Source of the DNA: Squalus acanthias
Taxonomy: Eukaryota
Direction of reading: 5' to 3'
Length of the DNA stretch: 64,000 bases
NCBI GenBank assembly: GCA_030390025.1
Contig: CM059432.1
Location: 5,456,001 to 5,520,000, forward strand
The notes beneath the pieces were generated by a model. That model was not told where the DNA came from. It searched no databases and saw only the letters and a list, made by a program, of their open reading frames with translations. The position numbers and the translations under genes are program-made. Of the stretch, positions 11,876 through 24,861 are shown piece by piece (within the stretch, counting starts at the first letter, position 1; the number at the start of each line of letters is the position of its first letter).

Positions 11876-12742
11876 CTCTCTCAGGTGGACGTAAAAGATC
11901 CCACGGCGCTATTTCGAAGAAGAGTAGGGGAGTTATCCCCAGTGTCCTGGAGCCAATATTTCTCCCTCAATCAACATAACAAAAACAGATTATCTGGTCA
12001 TTTTCACATTGCGTTTTGTGGGAGCTTGCTGTGCGCAAATTGGCTGCCGTGTTTCCCACATTACAACCATGACTACACTTCATTGGCTGTAAAGCGTTTT
12101 GAGACGTCCGGTGGTCGTGAAAGGCGCTATATAAATGCAAGTCTTTCTTTTAAAGGACATTAGTAAACCAGTTAGGTTTTTCCAACAATCTGGTAGTTTC
12201 ATGGCCACCATTACTGATACTAGTGTTTTAATTCCAAATTTATTTAATTAGATGAATTTAAATTCCCCCAGCTGCCGTCATGGGATTTGAACTAGATCAT
12301 TAGTCCAGGCCTCTGGATTACTAGTCCAATAACATATGTCACTATGCTACCATACCCCTGAAACATACAAAATTCTTACAGGGCTTGACAGGGTAGATGC
12401 AGGGAGCATGTTCCACCTGGCTGGGGAGTCTAGAACCAGGGGTCACAGTCTCAGAATAAGGAGTCAGCAATTTTGGACTGAGATGAGGAGAAATTTCTTC
12501 ACTCAGAGGGTGTTGAATCTTTGGAATTTTCTACCCCAGAGAGCTGTGGAGGCTCAGTCGTTGAGTATATTTAAGACTGAGATCGATAGATTTTTGGATA
12601 TTAAGGGAATCAAGGGATACGGGGATAGTTCAGGAAAGTGGAGTTGAGGTCGAAGATCAGCCATGACCTTATTGAATGGTGGAGCAGACTTGAGGGGCCG
12701 AATGGCCGACTCCTGCTCCTAATCCTCATGTTCTTATGTTCT
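11876..12742. mobile_element. Cluster: Deu-type SINE 3' half (+), SINE B fragment (-), CR1 3' end (+)
   Basis: Matches full copies elsewhere in the window. Confidence 0.75.
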
Positions 12743-12744
12743 TA

Positions 12745-15550
12745 ACGAGGAAGGAGGCATTGCTGAATCTGGTTCTGGGGAATGAGGTGGGTCAAGTAGA
12801 GCAAGTGTCAGTCGGGGAACATTTAGGGAACAGTGATCACAGTATCATAAGGCTTAGATTAGCTATGGAAAAGGGCAGGGAGCAATCTAGAGTAAAAATA
12901 CTTAATTGGAGGAAGGCCAATTTCAGTGGGTTGAGAATGGATCTGGCCTGGGTAAATTGGAATCAAAGATTAGCAGGCAAAACTGTAATGGAACAATGGG
13001 CTGCCTTTAAAAAGGATCTGGTTCGGGTACAGTCGAGGTTTATTCCCACCAGGAGGAAAGGCAGGGCAACCAAAGCCAGAGCTCCCTGGATGATGAAAGA
13101 GATAGCGAGTAAGATGAAGCAGAAAAAGGGCATGTATGACAGATGTCAGGTTGAGAATACAAGTGTGAATCAGGCTGAATATAGAAAGTTCAGAGGGGAA
13201 GTGAAAAAGAAAATAAGAGGGGCAAAGAGAGGGTATGAGAATAGAATGGCAGCTAACATAAAAGGGAATCCAAAAGTCTTCTATAGGCATATAAATAGTA
13301 AACGGGTAGTAAGAGGAGCGGTGGGACCGATTAGGGTCCAAAAAGGAGACCTACGCATGGAGGCAGAAGGTATGGCTGAGGTACTAAATGAGTACTTTGC
13401 ATCTGTCTTTACCAAGTAAAAAGATGCTGCCAAAGTCATGGTGAATGAGGAGGTAGCGGAGATACTGGGTGGGATAAAAATTGATAAAGAGGAGGTACTA
13501 GAAAGGCAGGCTGTACTTAAAGTAGATAAGTCACCAGGACCTGATGGGATGCATCCGAAGATGCTGAGGGAAGTGAAGGTGGAAATTGAGGAGGTACTGG
13601 CCATAATCTCCAATCCTGCTTAGATACGGGGATGGTGCCAGAGGACTGGAGAATTGCAAATGTTACACGTTTGTTCAAAAAAGGATGTAAGGATAAACCC
13701 AGCAACTACAGGCCAGTCAGTTTAACCTCGGTAGTGGGGAAGCTTTTAGAAACGATAATCAAAGTTAACAGTCACTTGGACAAGTGTGGATTAATTAAGG
13801 AAAGCCAGCACAGATTTGTTAAAGGCAAATCGTGTTTAACTAACTTGATTGAGTTTTTTGATGAGGTAACAGAGGGGGTTGATGAGGGCAATGCGTTTGA
13901 TGTGGTGAACATGGACTTCCAAAAGGCGTTCGACAAAGTGCTACATAATAGACTTGCCAGCAAAGTTGAAGCCCATGGAATAAAAGGGACAGTGGCAGCA
14001 TGGATACGAAATTGGCTAAGTGACAGGAAACAGAGAGTAGTGGTGAACGGTTGTTTCTCGGACTGGAGTAAGATACATAGGGGGAGAAATTCAGTATCGC
14101 CCCATTTGGGGCGCAATTATCAGCCGGACGCAAAGATTAGCGCCTGGCGCTAATTATCGCCTCCGACTGCAAACTTGACTTTTATCACCCCGTGAGGTGA
14201 TTGGAGCGCTAAATCAGGCGCTTCACACCTGTCTTAAGGCGCAAAGGCCGAGGAGCGAGGCGCTACCTCAGAGCGCTGGCGAAGCTCATGTGATGTCAGT
14301 CAGCAATGGAACACACACACAATGACACGGGCCAGTTCTTAAAGGGGAGGGTTGATCTTGCTTTCCATCCACATCCTGCTCATTGCAGCGTTGAATCTCG
14401 GCCTGGATAGACCTGCACATCAAATCTGCTGGAAAGAACAATGGAGAGTACCAGGGAAAGAGCTCAGAGTGCAGCCCCCACAGTCTCTTCTAAATCGATA
14501 CAACGAAGGGCCAATCAAAATTAACCTGCAAAGTGCTGCTCAGTACCCAAAACTCCTTCACACAGCGTTGAATCTCTCCAGAAGTCTCTCTCTCTCTCTC
14601 TCAGAATGTGTGGTTCAAAAATGTCACCAACAATAAAAGGCAGGAAGCGGTCGCCTTTAAATAGCGCTCCCCCAGTCCCTTCCTGACTGCAAAACGCTCT
14701 CCTCAACCTGTCGTTGCTAGCGTCAGGCGGTAAGGCAGGGGGCGCCACTCAATATCCGCTCTGGGGCGATACCGGGGCGTTGCGCACTCGACTGACGTCA
14801 TGATCTGCTGGCGCAGGCGATCGTGACGGTAGTGTTTAGCGCCGCCGCAAAATATCTAGTTAATTTCGCGAGCGGCGCAAACATCGCCGCGCCCGGGCGC
14901 TAGTTGCCTCTTAAGGCGCTAACGGGAGGCGCAACCAACTAAATTTTTCCCCCATAGTGTTGTTCCCCAGGAGTCGGTTCTAGAACCACTGCTTTTCTTG
15001 ATGTATTTTAATGACTTGGGTGTACAGGGCACAATTTCAAAATTTGCAGATGACACAAAACTTGGAAGTTTAGTGAACAATGAGGAGGATAGTGATAGAC
15101 TTCAAGAGGACATAGACAGGCTGGTGGAATGGGCGGACACGTGGCAGATGAAATTTAATGCAGAAAAGTGCGAAGTAATATATTTTGGTAGGAAGAACGA
15201 GGAGAGGCAATATAAACTAAAGGGTACAATCCTAAAGAATGTGCATGAACAGAGAGACCTGGGGTATATGTGCACAAACCGTTGAAGGTGGCAGGGCAGG
15301 TTGAGAAAGTGGTTAAAAAAGCATACGAGATCCTGGGCTTCATAAATAGAGGCATAGAGTACAAAAGCAAGAAAGTTATGATGAACCTGTGTAAAACACT
15401 GGTTCGGCCTCAACTGGAGTATTGTGTTCAATTCTGGGCACCGCACTTTAGGAAGGATGTGAAGGCCTTAGAGAGGGTGCAGAAAAGATTTACAAGACTG
15501 CTTCCAGGGATGAGGGACTTCAGTTACGTGGATAGGCTGGAGAAGCTGGA
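12745..15550 (+). pseudogene. Long degenerate CR1 ORF2 (end of APE through RT), split by a DNA transposon
   Basis: HLGNSDH, KSPGPDGMHP, NYRPVSLTS, SCLTNL, DFQKAFDKV, KFADDTK and LVRPQLEYCVQFW motifs, with stops and frameshifts. Confidence 0.9.
14080..14953. mobile_element. Harbinger-type non-autonomous element (874 bp)
   Basis: TIRs gggggagaaatt / aatttttccccc with ATA TSD (14077-14079, 14954-14956). Removing it restores the CR1 frame. Inverted homologue of 28902-29764. Confidence 0.85.
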
Positions 15551-15559
15551 AAAACAGAA

Positions 15560-16760
15560 AGGCAGAGTATTTCCTAAATGGTGAAAGATTGGGGAATACA
15601 GATGCTCAAAGGGACCTGGGTGTTCTTGTACATGAGTCACTGAAAGTGAATGTGCAGGTGCAGCAAGCCATTAGGAAGGCAAATAGTATGCTGGCCTTCA
15701 TTACAAGAGGACTTGAGTACAGGAGTAAAGAAGTCTTACTCCAATTATATAGGGCCTTGGTGAGACCACACCTGGAGTACTGTGTACAATTTTGGTCTCC
15801 TTACCTAAAGAAGAATATACTTGCCATAGAGGGAGTGCAACGAAGGTTCATGAGATTGATTCCTGGGATGGCGGGACTGTCGTATGAGAAGAGATTGAGT
15901 AAACTAGGCCTGTATTTTCTTGAATTCAGAAGAATGAGAGGGGATCTCATTGAAGCATACAAAATTATTACAGGGCTTGATAGGGTGGATGCTGGGAGAA
16001 TGTTTCCATTGGCTGGGGAGTCTAGAACCAGGGGACACAGCCTCAGGATAAAGGGTAGGCCATTCAGGACTGAGATGAGAAGAAATTTCTTCACACAGAG
16101 GGTGGTGAATCTTTGGAATTCTCTACCCCAGAGGGCTGTGGAGGCTCAGGCATTGGGTATATTCAAAACAGAAGTTGATAGATTTCTGACTAGTAAGGGC
16201 ATCAAGGGATATGGCAATAGGGCCGGTGAATGGAGTTGAGGCAGAAGATCAGCCTTGATCTCATTGAATGGCAGAGCAGGCTTGAAGGGCCGAAGGGCCT
16301 ACTCCTGCTCCTATTTTTTATGTTCTTATGTTATTCTGTAAGCTGGGGTTGTTCTCCTTAAAGCAGAGAAGATTGAGAGGAGATTTGATAGACGTGTTCA
16401 AAATCATGAAGGGTCTGGACAGAGTAGAGAGAGAGAAACTGTTCCCATCGGCAGAAGGGTCGAGAACCAGAGGACACAGATTTAAGGTGATTGGCAGAAG
16501 ATCCAAAGGCAACGTGAGGAAAAACTTTTTTACTCAGCGAGTGGTTAGGATCTGGAATGCACTGCCTGAGAGGGTGGTGGAGGCAGACTCAATCGTGGCT
16601 TTCAAAAGGGAATTGGATAAGTACCTGAAAGAAAAAAATTTGCAGAGCTACGGGGAAAGGGCGGGGGAGTGGGACTAGCTGAAGTGCTCTTGCAGAGAGC
16701 CGGCACGGGCTCGACGGGCCGAATGGCCTCCTTCTGTGCTGTAACCATTCTATGATTCTA
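15560..16760 (+). mobile_element. CR1 3' fragment (15560-16335) nested in the 3' end of the preceding CR1
   Basis: 216-aa ORF 15589-16239 of the CR1 C-terminus. aagctgg is repeated at both junctions and the host CR1 resumes at about 16340. Confidence 0.85.
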
Positions 16761-16761
16761 A

Positions 16762-17469
16762 GGGGGAAAAATTGGGTTGATTTGCGCCTCTCATTAGCGC
16801 CCCCAGGGGGTGCAAATCCCCTAGCGCCCGGGTGCAGTGCCGTTACCGCCTCCCGCGAAATTAAGCGGGAGGTTAGCGGCGGCAGGTAGCCGGTAGCGCC
16901 CTGCATCGCTGCGCCACCGGTGATGACATCATTGCTGTGCGCAGCGCCCCGCTCGTGCCCAGGCCGCAAACTTCGGTCGCGCCCCCTGACCTATCGCTGG
17001 ACGATATGTCCGACAGGGTCAGGGGGGCGTTTCTGCAGCCGCCGCGGCGCAGGTGTCGGGCGGCCTATTTTTTTTGGCCGACTGCCAGCACCTGCCCCCT
17101 TCCCCTTTTTACCTCGGGGTGCCGGCCGCGATCGCTCAGCCCGGCGCTCCTCTTGAGTGCCGGGCTGTTTTCCCGGCCCCCCGCTCCAGCAGGGCCCCGG
17201 TGCGCGCGGGGCTAGGCCCCTCCCCTTTAATCAGGGGAGGGAGGCCTGCAATGACGCGGCGCGGTGCTACGTGCCAGACGCGCGTGACGCTGTTGCTCGT
17301 AGCGCCGCGATCTACGGTCGTAGCGCCCCGGAGAAGGAGGTGGAACGCCTCCAGTAGCGCCCCGCCTCCTGCTTGGGGCGCGACAACTGAATTTCCGGCG
17401 GAGGGGGCGCTAACTTATGTCGGGGCGCTAAAATTAGCCCCAAAAGGGCCGCCAGCGAATTTTTCCCCC
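16762..17469. mobile_element. GC-rich Harbinger-type MITE
   Basis: TIRs gggggaaaaatt / aatttttccccc with TAA TSD (16759-16761, 17470-17472). Confidence 0.85.
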
Positions 17470-19830
17470 TAAGTCTCTGGAGTGGGGCTTGAACCCACAA
17501 TCTTCTAACCTCGGGCGCTACCCACTGAGCCACAGCTGACACGGTTAAAAAAAAAAGTAGGCAATAGAACGGACGTGTTTTTATTTCTGAGATTATTAAT
17601 GGAAGTGGAGCAGAAGTGCTACTGCAATTTTCAAAGATCAAATAGCACATTTCTGTATATTTTGAGCTGGCGTCTCTTCCTGCTCTTTTTTTTTATATAA
17701 CGCTCAGTTTTCTTCTACCCACATATCCCCCAGCACAGGAGATTTGAAAATATTTATATATTTAAATATATACTTTAGCAGCTGCCAAAGAAAATGAATA
17801 GTCGATGGACTAAACCGATGTTAAAGGAACTGGAATCAACACAGTTGATAGGATAATATTGTTGCTGGCTGGAGCGGAATGTTTTCCCGTCCTGGTAACT
17901 GGACTCCAGCCCTCTTACAGTCATTGCAGTCCGAGTGTCAGGCTGCGAAGATTGATGGTGTCTGCCAGGCCCTGATGCTGTTATCAGATTTGACTCTGCA
18001 TCAAATAGCAGCAGCGATTGATCGACGAGCGCTTGGAATGGAAGAGTACGCGGAGGAGAACGCTTCTTTTTTTACGGCCATGTAAAGAAAACCCACTGAT
18101 GGAGGAAAACTTAAAATCTTAAGTGGAAACTGAAGCAAATGCACAGTGAGGCAGTCAGGGCCCGAAAGAGAGAAGGTCTTCCAGCGGAAATCTTTTTTTC
18201 AAGCTCTGTTGAAGATTGGCTCGGTGCCAGTTCCTCTTCTCAAAATAGGAGCGTAGGAATTGCTGGATGAATATAGGCCAAGGTCCGTCCAGTTCGCCGA
18301 CTGCCATCCCGGTCGCCGCACGATACAACAATAATGGAGTTGCTGGCTAATCACAGCAATCAATCCTCTATCAATGGGGGGGGGGGGGGCGGGCATATTA
18401 ACCTAAAATACAGGGGGGGGGGCTTGGGGCGTGTGGGAAGTTAGTGTGTCAAAAAATCGCAACCCCGACCTCAACCCGCCCACTTTTTCTGATTTTACTG
18501 GAGGCGGGCCAGGGCGGGCGCAGGCAGCCAATCCGCTGCCAGGAGGTGGGCCGTCTATTTAAATATTATAATGAGGCTGGAAGCCTCTTCTTTAACCTCC
18601 ATTTTGTATTTAATTTTAGCTGGTCGGGTTTGGCACTCCTCGTGAAACCCGCCAGCTAAAGCAAGGCGAGGACTGCTGGATCCAGGAGGTAAGAGCCTTT
18701 ACAATTACCTCCTGGATCCACTGACCCTGACTAACCCACCCCCCCCCCCCCCCCCCCCCGCGATCGGAGACACCCCCCCAACCACCCCGAGTACTGCACT
18801 GTCGGAGGTGCCGTCTTTCGGATGAGACGTTAAACCGAGGCCCCGTCTGCTCTCTCGGGTGGACGTAAAAGATCCCAGGGTCGCTATTTCGAAGAATAGT
18901 CACTGTTGTAATGTAGGGAACGCAGCAGCCACTTTGCGGCCAGCAAGTTCCCACAAACAGCAATGTGATAATGACCGGATAATCTGTTTTTTGGTTTATG
19001 CTCCACACCAGCCTCCTCCCACCTTTCTTCATCTAATCCCAAACATATCCTTCTATTCCTTTCTCCCTCATGTGTTTATCCAGCTTCCCCTTAAATGCAT
19101 CTGTGCTATTCGCCTCAACCACTCCCTGTGGTAGCAAGTTCCACATTCTCACCACTCTCTGGGTAAAGAAGTTTCTCCTGAATTCCCAACATTGGATTTA
19201 TTAGAGACTGTCTTATATTTATGGCCCCTAGTTCTGGTCTCGCCCACAAGTGGAAACATCTCCTCTACACCCTACCCTATCGAACCCTTTCAATATTTAA
19301 AGGCCTCTATCAGGTCACCCCTCAGCCTTCTCTATTCCAGAGAAACGAGCCCCAGCCTGTACTTTGCAAGGGCTCACTGAATTGCTTGGCGGGTTACAGC
19401 TCTTCTCCATATCACAGAAAACGATGCATTTAAAGGGAAACTAGATAGACACATGAGGGAGAAAGGAATAGAAGGTTATGCCGATAGGGTGAGATGAAGA
19501 GGGTGTTGGAGGAGGCTCGAGTGGAGCATAAACACCGACATAGAGCAGTTGGTCCGAGCGGCCTGTTTCTGTGCTGTAAATTCCATGCAAGATGGAAACT
19601 GATGGTCAGTCAGCTCTCTGCGAACTGTTTTAAGGTGACATTCTCCAGTCAAGTTTTTTTTTTATCCCCCCCCCCCTCCCTCAAGCTGTGCAAATGTAAA
19701 CCAGCAAAGAAATAGGGGAGGAAGCAAATCCCGAATTCATTAACAGTGAGGCGAGAGATCTTATAATAAAAGGAAAATATTGGACAAGTTAGTTAAACTA
19801 AAGGAGGACAAGGTGCCAGGACCATACTAT

Positions 19831-20541
19831 GGGGGGAAAATTCGTTAGCGCCCATTTTGGGGCGCTAACATCGCCAGGGCGCTAAATTTAGTGCCCGGCA
19901 AAAAATAGCGCCGGTGATCGCGAACTTCAGTTTTAGCGCCCCAAGAGGGAGGTGGAGCGCTAATTCAAGCCTGAATATCGGGGCGGTGCGTTCTGCAGCG
20001 CTGCGCACTGGGCCACGTAGCGCTGCCGCATGGAAGGGCTCCTCCCCTCATTAAAGGGGAGGGCCCAAGCCCACAACTCTGCGGGGCCCTACCTGGACCA
20101 CCGGGGAGCGGGGACACAAGAGGAGTGCCGGGCTGCCGGATCGCAGCACGAACCCCGCGTTCAAAGACGCAACGGGCCGCGACAAGTAAGTCGGACGATT
20201 TTCTTTCTCCCCACCCACCACCTCCCCTTTACTTATCGCCCCGCGAGCCTCCTGGCGCTCCGTTCCCGCCCCCCTGAATCGGTCGCTGTCATCGCCCGGT
20301 GCAGATTCAGGGGGCGCGGGCCAATTTTGCAGGCGGGGCGAAAACAGGGCGCTGCGCACGGGTGATGTCGTCACCGCCTGCACAGCGGAGCGGTCACTGC
20401 CGGTTACGGCCGCCGCTAAACTCCCGCTGAATTTAGCGAGAGTTGCTAGCGGCGCCGCGCCCGGGCGATAAGCTGTTTGTGCCCCGTTAGCGTCCGCCGG
20501 GGGCTCTAACAAGAGGCGCAGATGCACCAAATTTCTAGCCC
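19831..20541. mobile_element. GC-rich Harbinger-type MITE
   Basis: TIRs ggggggaaaatt / aatttctagccc with TAT TSD. Inverted relative of 16762-17469. Confidence 0.8.
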
Positions 20542-20569
20542 TATATCCTTTAGTGTAGAAGTCATGCAA

Positions 20570-21135
20570 CCGCTATATAAAGCCCTGGTTAGACCACACC
20601 TGGAGGACTGTGAGCAGTTCTGGGCACCACACCTTCGGAAGGATATATTGGCCTTGGAGGGAGTGCAGCGTAGGTTTACCAGAATGATACCCGGACTCCA
20701 AGGGTTAAATTACGAGGAGAGATTACACAAACTAGGCTTGTATTCCCTGGAATTTAGAAGATTAAGGGGCGATCTGATCGAAATTTTCAAGATATTAAGG
20801 GGAACAGATAGGGTAAATAGAGAGAAACTATTTCCGCTGGTTGGGGAGTCTAGGACGAGGAGGCATAGTCTAAAAATTAGAGCCAGACCTTTCAGGAGTG
20901 AAATTAGGAAACACTTTGACACACAAAGGGTGGTAGAAGTTTGGAACTCGCTTCTGCAAACAGCAGTTGATGCTCGATCAATTGTTAATTTTAAATCTGA
21001 GATTGATATTTCTGTTAACCAAAGATATTACGGGATATGGGGCAAAGGCAGGTAGATGGAGTTAGGTCGCAGATCAGCCATGATCTCATTGAATGGTGGA
21101 ACAGGCTCGAGGGGCTGAATGGCCTCCTCCTGTTG
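20570..21135 (+). mobile_element. CR1 3' fragment
   Basis: LYKALVRPHLE..RRLRGDLIEIFK..WNSL. Confidence 0.88.
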
Positions 21136-21254
21136 CTACGGATATACCAAGCTTCAGCGTCCCTGCGGTGGAGAGGAACAAATATCTTTCTGATCACTGT
21201 CTGGTAATTCCTGCTTCAAAGTGCACGAGTGTGAATATTCAGATCAGGACAACA

Positions 21255-21580
21255 TCTGAAATAGAAACAGAAAATGCTGGAAACACTCAGCAGGTCAGGC
21301 AGCATCTGTGGAGAGAGAAACAGAGTCAACGTTTCAGCTCGATGACTTTTCGTCAGAACTGGAGTAAGTTAGAGATGTAACAGGTTTTAAGCAAGTACAG
21401 AGGATGGGAAAGAGGAGAGAGGAGGAAAGACCGAAAGGGAAGGTCTGTGATAGGATAGAAGGCAGGAGAGATTCAATGACAAAAGGGATGATGGTGCAAG
21501 GCAAAAGGAGATGGTAATGGGACAAGTTAAGAAACACAAGTTGGGGCCAGAGGAGGTGTCAATGGCAACAGCAGATATCA
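21255..21580 (-). mobile_element. PLE family B 3' terminal fragment with hammerhead motif (21324-21360)
   Basis: Reverse complement of 38960-39250. The - strand reads agtt-CTGACGA-aaagtc-atc-gagct-GAAA-cgtt-gact. Confidence 0.75.
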
Positions 21581-22092
21581 GAAGTGGGGGGCAGAGGGGG
21601 GTCGGGGAAGCATGGACAATCTGGCAAAGGGGAGACGGCTCCCGTGGCCCGGGAATGTGGGGGAGAAAGGTGGGTAGAGCCCCGGGGTGCAGCCCACCCC
21701 ACCGGCCGTGTACTGATAGGGGTTCCCCACCCCAAGCACCAGCCCGCACCTCCCCCACTCCCAGTGGCTCTGGTGCAGCCACCCTCCGTCACCAGCGGCC
21801 GCCATCCGAGCGATGGCTAAGATCTAAAGCCTCCGCCCTGGCGGTGATGCTACCCATGTTCAAAAAGCCAAGCGGGCTTTCTCATCCATACTTATGAATA
21901 ACAAACATAAATAAATAGTGAAAAATGTGAAAAACAAAGACTGTAATATTGACAATACGGGTTTTCGGTCGATATGTTATCTCTTACCCCATTGAGTCTG
22001 TCACAGTTGTGTAACACAGCAAACTACAATGAAGCGGACACTGCACCTGTATTGAAACATGAATTAAAACGTCAATCTTCTGTACCTTATAG

Positions 22093-22185
22093 GCTTACCT
22101 AATCGGCTGTGTATGGAACTGCTACAGGTACATCAACGGCAGGCCTTCGGCAGATGTTTTAGTCTATGTCACCAATGACACTGCG
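22093..22185 (+). CDS. LAPTM4B: LAPTM4B coding exon (93 nt; AYLIGCVWNCYRYINGRPSADVLVYVTNDTA)
   Basis: Acceptor taccttatAG, donor GCG|gtaagc. The CVWNCYRYINGR..DVLVYVT motif favours the B paralogue over LAPTM4A. Confidence 0.96.
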
Positions 22186-22284
22186 GTAAGCATATACATC
22201 GATATTAAGGCTTTCATTTCTTTTCAATTTGCACTTTTTTGTTCCTATCTATTTTTCTCCTCGAGGAGCAGGTTTGCCTGATTG

Positions 22285-23070
22285 CAGAATGGTTCCGGGG
22301 ATTGGGGGGATCTGAGCTACAAGGACAGGTTGGAGAAGCTGGATTTGTTTTCATCAGAACAAAGGAGGTTGAGGGGTGATTTGATCGAGGTGTACAAGAT
22401 TATGACGGGTTTGGATAGGCTAGACGGGGAATGGCTGTTCCCACTAGTTGATGGTACAAGGATTAGGGGGACACAGATTTAAGGTTTTGGTCAAGAGATA
22501 CAGGGGGGATGTGAGGAAAAACTTTTTTACACAGCGAGTGGTGAGGACCTGGAACTCGCTGCCGACGGAAGTGGTGGAAGCGGAGACACTCAATGTTTTC
22601 AAGGGGAGACTGGATAGGCACTTGAGGGAAATAAACTCGCAGGGCTATGGGGATAGAGCGGGGAATGGGACTGACTGGATTGCTCCACAGAGAGCCGGCA
22701 CAGACTCGATGGGCCGAATGGCCTCCTTCTGTGCCGTTATGACTCTATGACTATGACAGTCCCCTCTTCGTTGGGATGGTAGATGACTGAACCACAACTT
22801 TCTTCCGAGGTGTCACACCGTTGGGTGAAATTTGAACTTGTTAAAAATCTGCCCGATACGTTTCTGTTTCATGACCGTGTCTTGCTGTCGGTTCATTCTT
22901 CAATGGTTTACAAGTGTTATCAGCCATATTTGGAACAGAGGAGGCTGAGGGAGACTTAATTGAGGTGTATAAAATTATGAGGGGCCTAGATAGAGTGGAT
23001 AGGAAGGACCTATTTCCCTTAGCAGAGGGGTCGATAACCAGGGGGCAGAGATTTAAAGTAATTGGTAGAA
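22285..23070 (+). mobile_element. Two CR1 3' fragments (~22285-22757 and ~22930-23070)
   Basis: RRLRGDLIEVYKIM..FFTQRVV..WNSLP, with a (ctatga) tail on the first. Confidence 0.8.
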
Positions 23071-23640
23071 GAGAGAGAGGGGAGAGAGAGCAAGGGGAGC
23101 GGGGGGGAGAGGGAGAGGGTGGAGATAGAGAGAGGAGGGGGAGAGGGGAGAGAGAGAGGGGGGGAGAGAGAGAGAGGGGAGGGGGAGAGAGAAAGAGGAG
23201 GGGGGAGAGAGGGGAGAGACAGGGGAGAAGAGGGAGAGGAGAGAGAGGAGGGGAGAGACAGGGGAGAAGAGGGAGAGAGAAGGGAGGGGGAGAGACGGGG
23301 AGAGGAGGGAGAGGGGAGAGAGAGGGTGAGAGAGAAAGGGGAGCAGCGGGAGAGGGAAAGGGGGAGAGAAAGGGGGAGAGGGAAGGAGGGGGAGAGGAGG
23401 GAGAGAGATAGGAGGGGAGAGGGAGGGGGAGAGAGAGAGAGAGAGGGGAGAGAGAGAGAGGAGGGGGAGAGAGAGAGAGGGGAGAGAGAGAGAGGAGGGG
23501 GGGAGAGAGAGAGAGGAGGGGGAGAGAGAGAGAGGGGAGAGAGAGAGAGAGAGGGGAGAGAGAGAGAGAGGGGAGAGAGAGAGAGAGGAGGGGAGAGGAG
23601 AGAGGGGGAGAGAGAGGGAGGAGTGGATGGGAGGTCAGGA
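23070..23640. repeat. Polypurine G/A low-complexity tract
   Basis: About 570 nt almost exclusively G and A on the + strand. Confidence 0.95.
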
Positions 23641-23944
23641 ACAGGAGGAGAGGCAGTCAGGAACTCTGGGGAGGGGGGTAAAGAGCACGGAGAGCACAGT
23701 GGGGATGGGGGAAGAAAGTGATCCAGGTCTAAAGTGGGGGGGTAGATGAGAGCGAGAACATGATCCAGATGGTAAGACAGATCACGTTCTTCTAACCATA
23801 CCCCCTTTACACCTGCACCACGTTCTCCCTCTCCCCCGCCTAGACCTGGTTGATTTCTCGGAAAGCTGTCACTATTCACTTCATATTCAATAAACCTGTT
23901 AACAATCCGTGACCCACGCGCAATGCCCCATCTATGGGGTGGGT

Positions 23945-24245
23945 GTGGGGGGGAAGGTCAGGAACTTGTTGGGGGGAGAAGTTCAGGAACCCGGGGTGGG
24001 GGGGGAGGGGAGGAACTTGGGCAGGGGGAGAAGGTCAGGAACCCGGGGTGGGGGGGGGGAGGAACTTGGGCAGGGGGAGAAGGTCAGGAACTTGGAGGTG
24101 GGTGGGAGGGAGGTCAGAAACGTAGGGCGGTGGAAGGTCAGGAATCTGGGGTGGGGGAGGGGGGAGAGTGGAGGAACTTGGGCAGGGGGGAGAATGTCAG
24201 GAACTTGGGGGGAGGTCAGGAACTTGGGCGGGTGGGAGAAGGTCT
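23945..24245. repeat. G-rich minisatellite (unit ~gaaggtcaggaacttgggcagggggga)
   Basis: Repeated aggtcaggaac / aggaacttgg cores separated by G runs. Confidence 0.8.
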
Positions 24246-24861
24246 TAACCCGCGAGGGTGAACCCTGTCTGTTCCAAGTGAGCTCTGTTCTGTCTGAGGT
24301 AGGCTTGAATTACACTTTGCAAAGTAATTGATTACTTAGGCAGGCAGGATCTAATTACACATTCCAGATAAACTGCTGGGTGTGTCTTGTCCTCCAAGGG
24401 GACCAATCAGCAAACAGGTCTTGTCCTCCAAGGAGACCAATCAGAACTTTGGTGTTGCGAATAGACACGTCCTTAAATAACATCTTCTGGCAGGCACCCA
24501 TTTTACAATATTTTCCACATCTAGTTTTAAACTTGATCGACTAAGCTCAGAATGTTCCATCAAAAAGGGGCGTGACCATTTTCTACTGCATTATTGATCA
24601 GTGTTCAGTCTAGTCTTGCATGAACTCGCCACAATAATACTGATACTGGATATCTCGCAGGTATCGTGTGTGTGTGTTTAGTTTAGAGCAACTGACCCAT
24701 AATTGTTGTTTTAAACAATCTTCTGTTGTCCAGGTGAATAGTAAAGATTTCAGTCTTATGGATATAATCATTTTATTTTTTTTCTACTTCAACATAAAAA
24801 CAATCTAAAGGCGGAGTATAATTTCTTCAGAGTATAACACAGTTTACAAGCGGAGATTTGT

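Noticed and set aside
22914..23879. Long ORFs rich in E/R/G or S/L/P
   Set aside because: They are translations of the G/A low-complexity tract.
23945..24245. Repeat-spacer-like pattern
   Set aside because: It is a degenerate G-rich minisatellite in eukaryotic DNA with no unique spacers and no cas genes, so not a CRISPR array.
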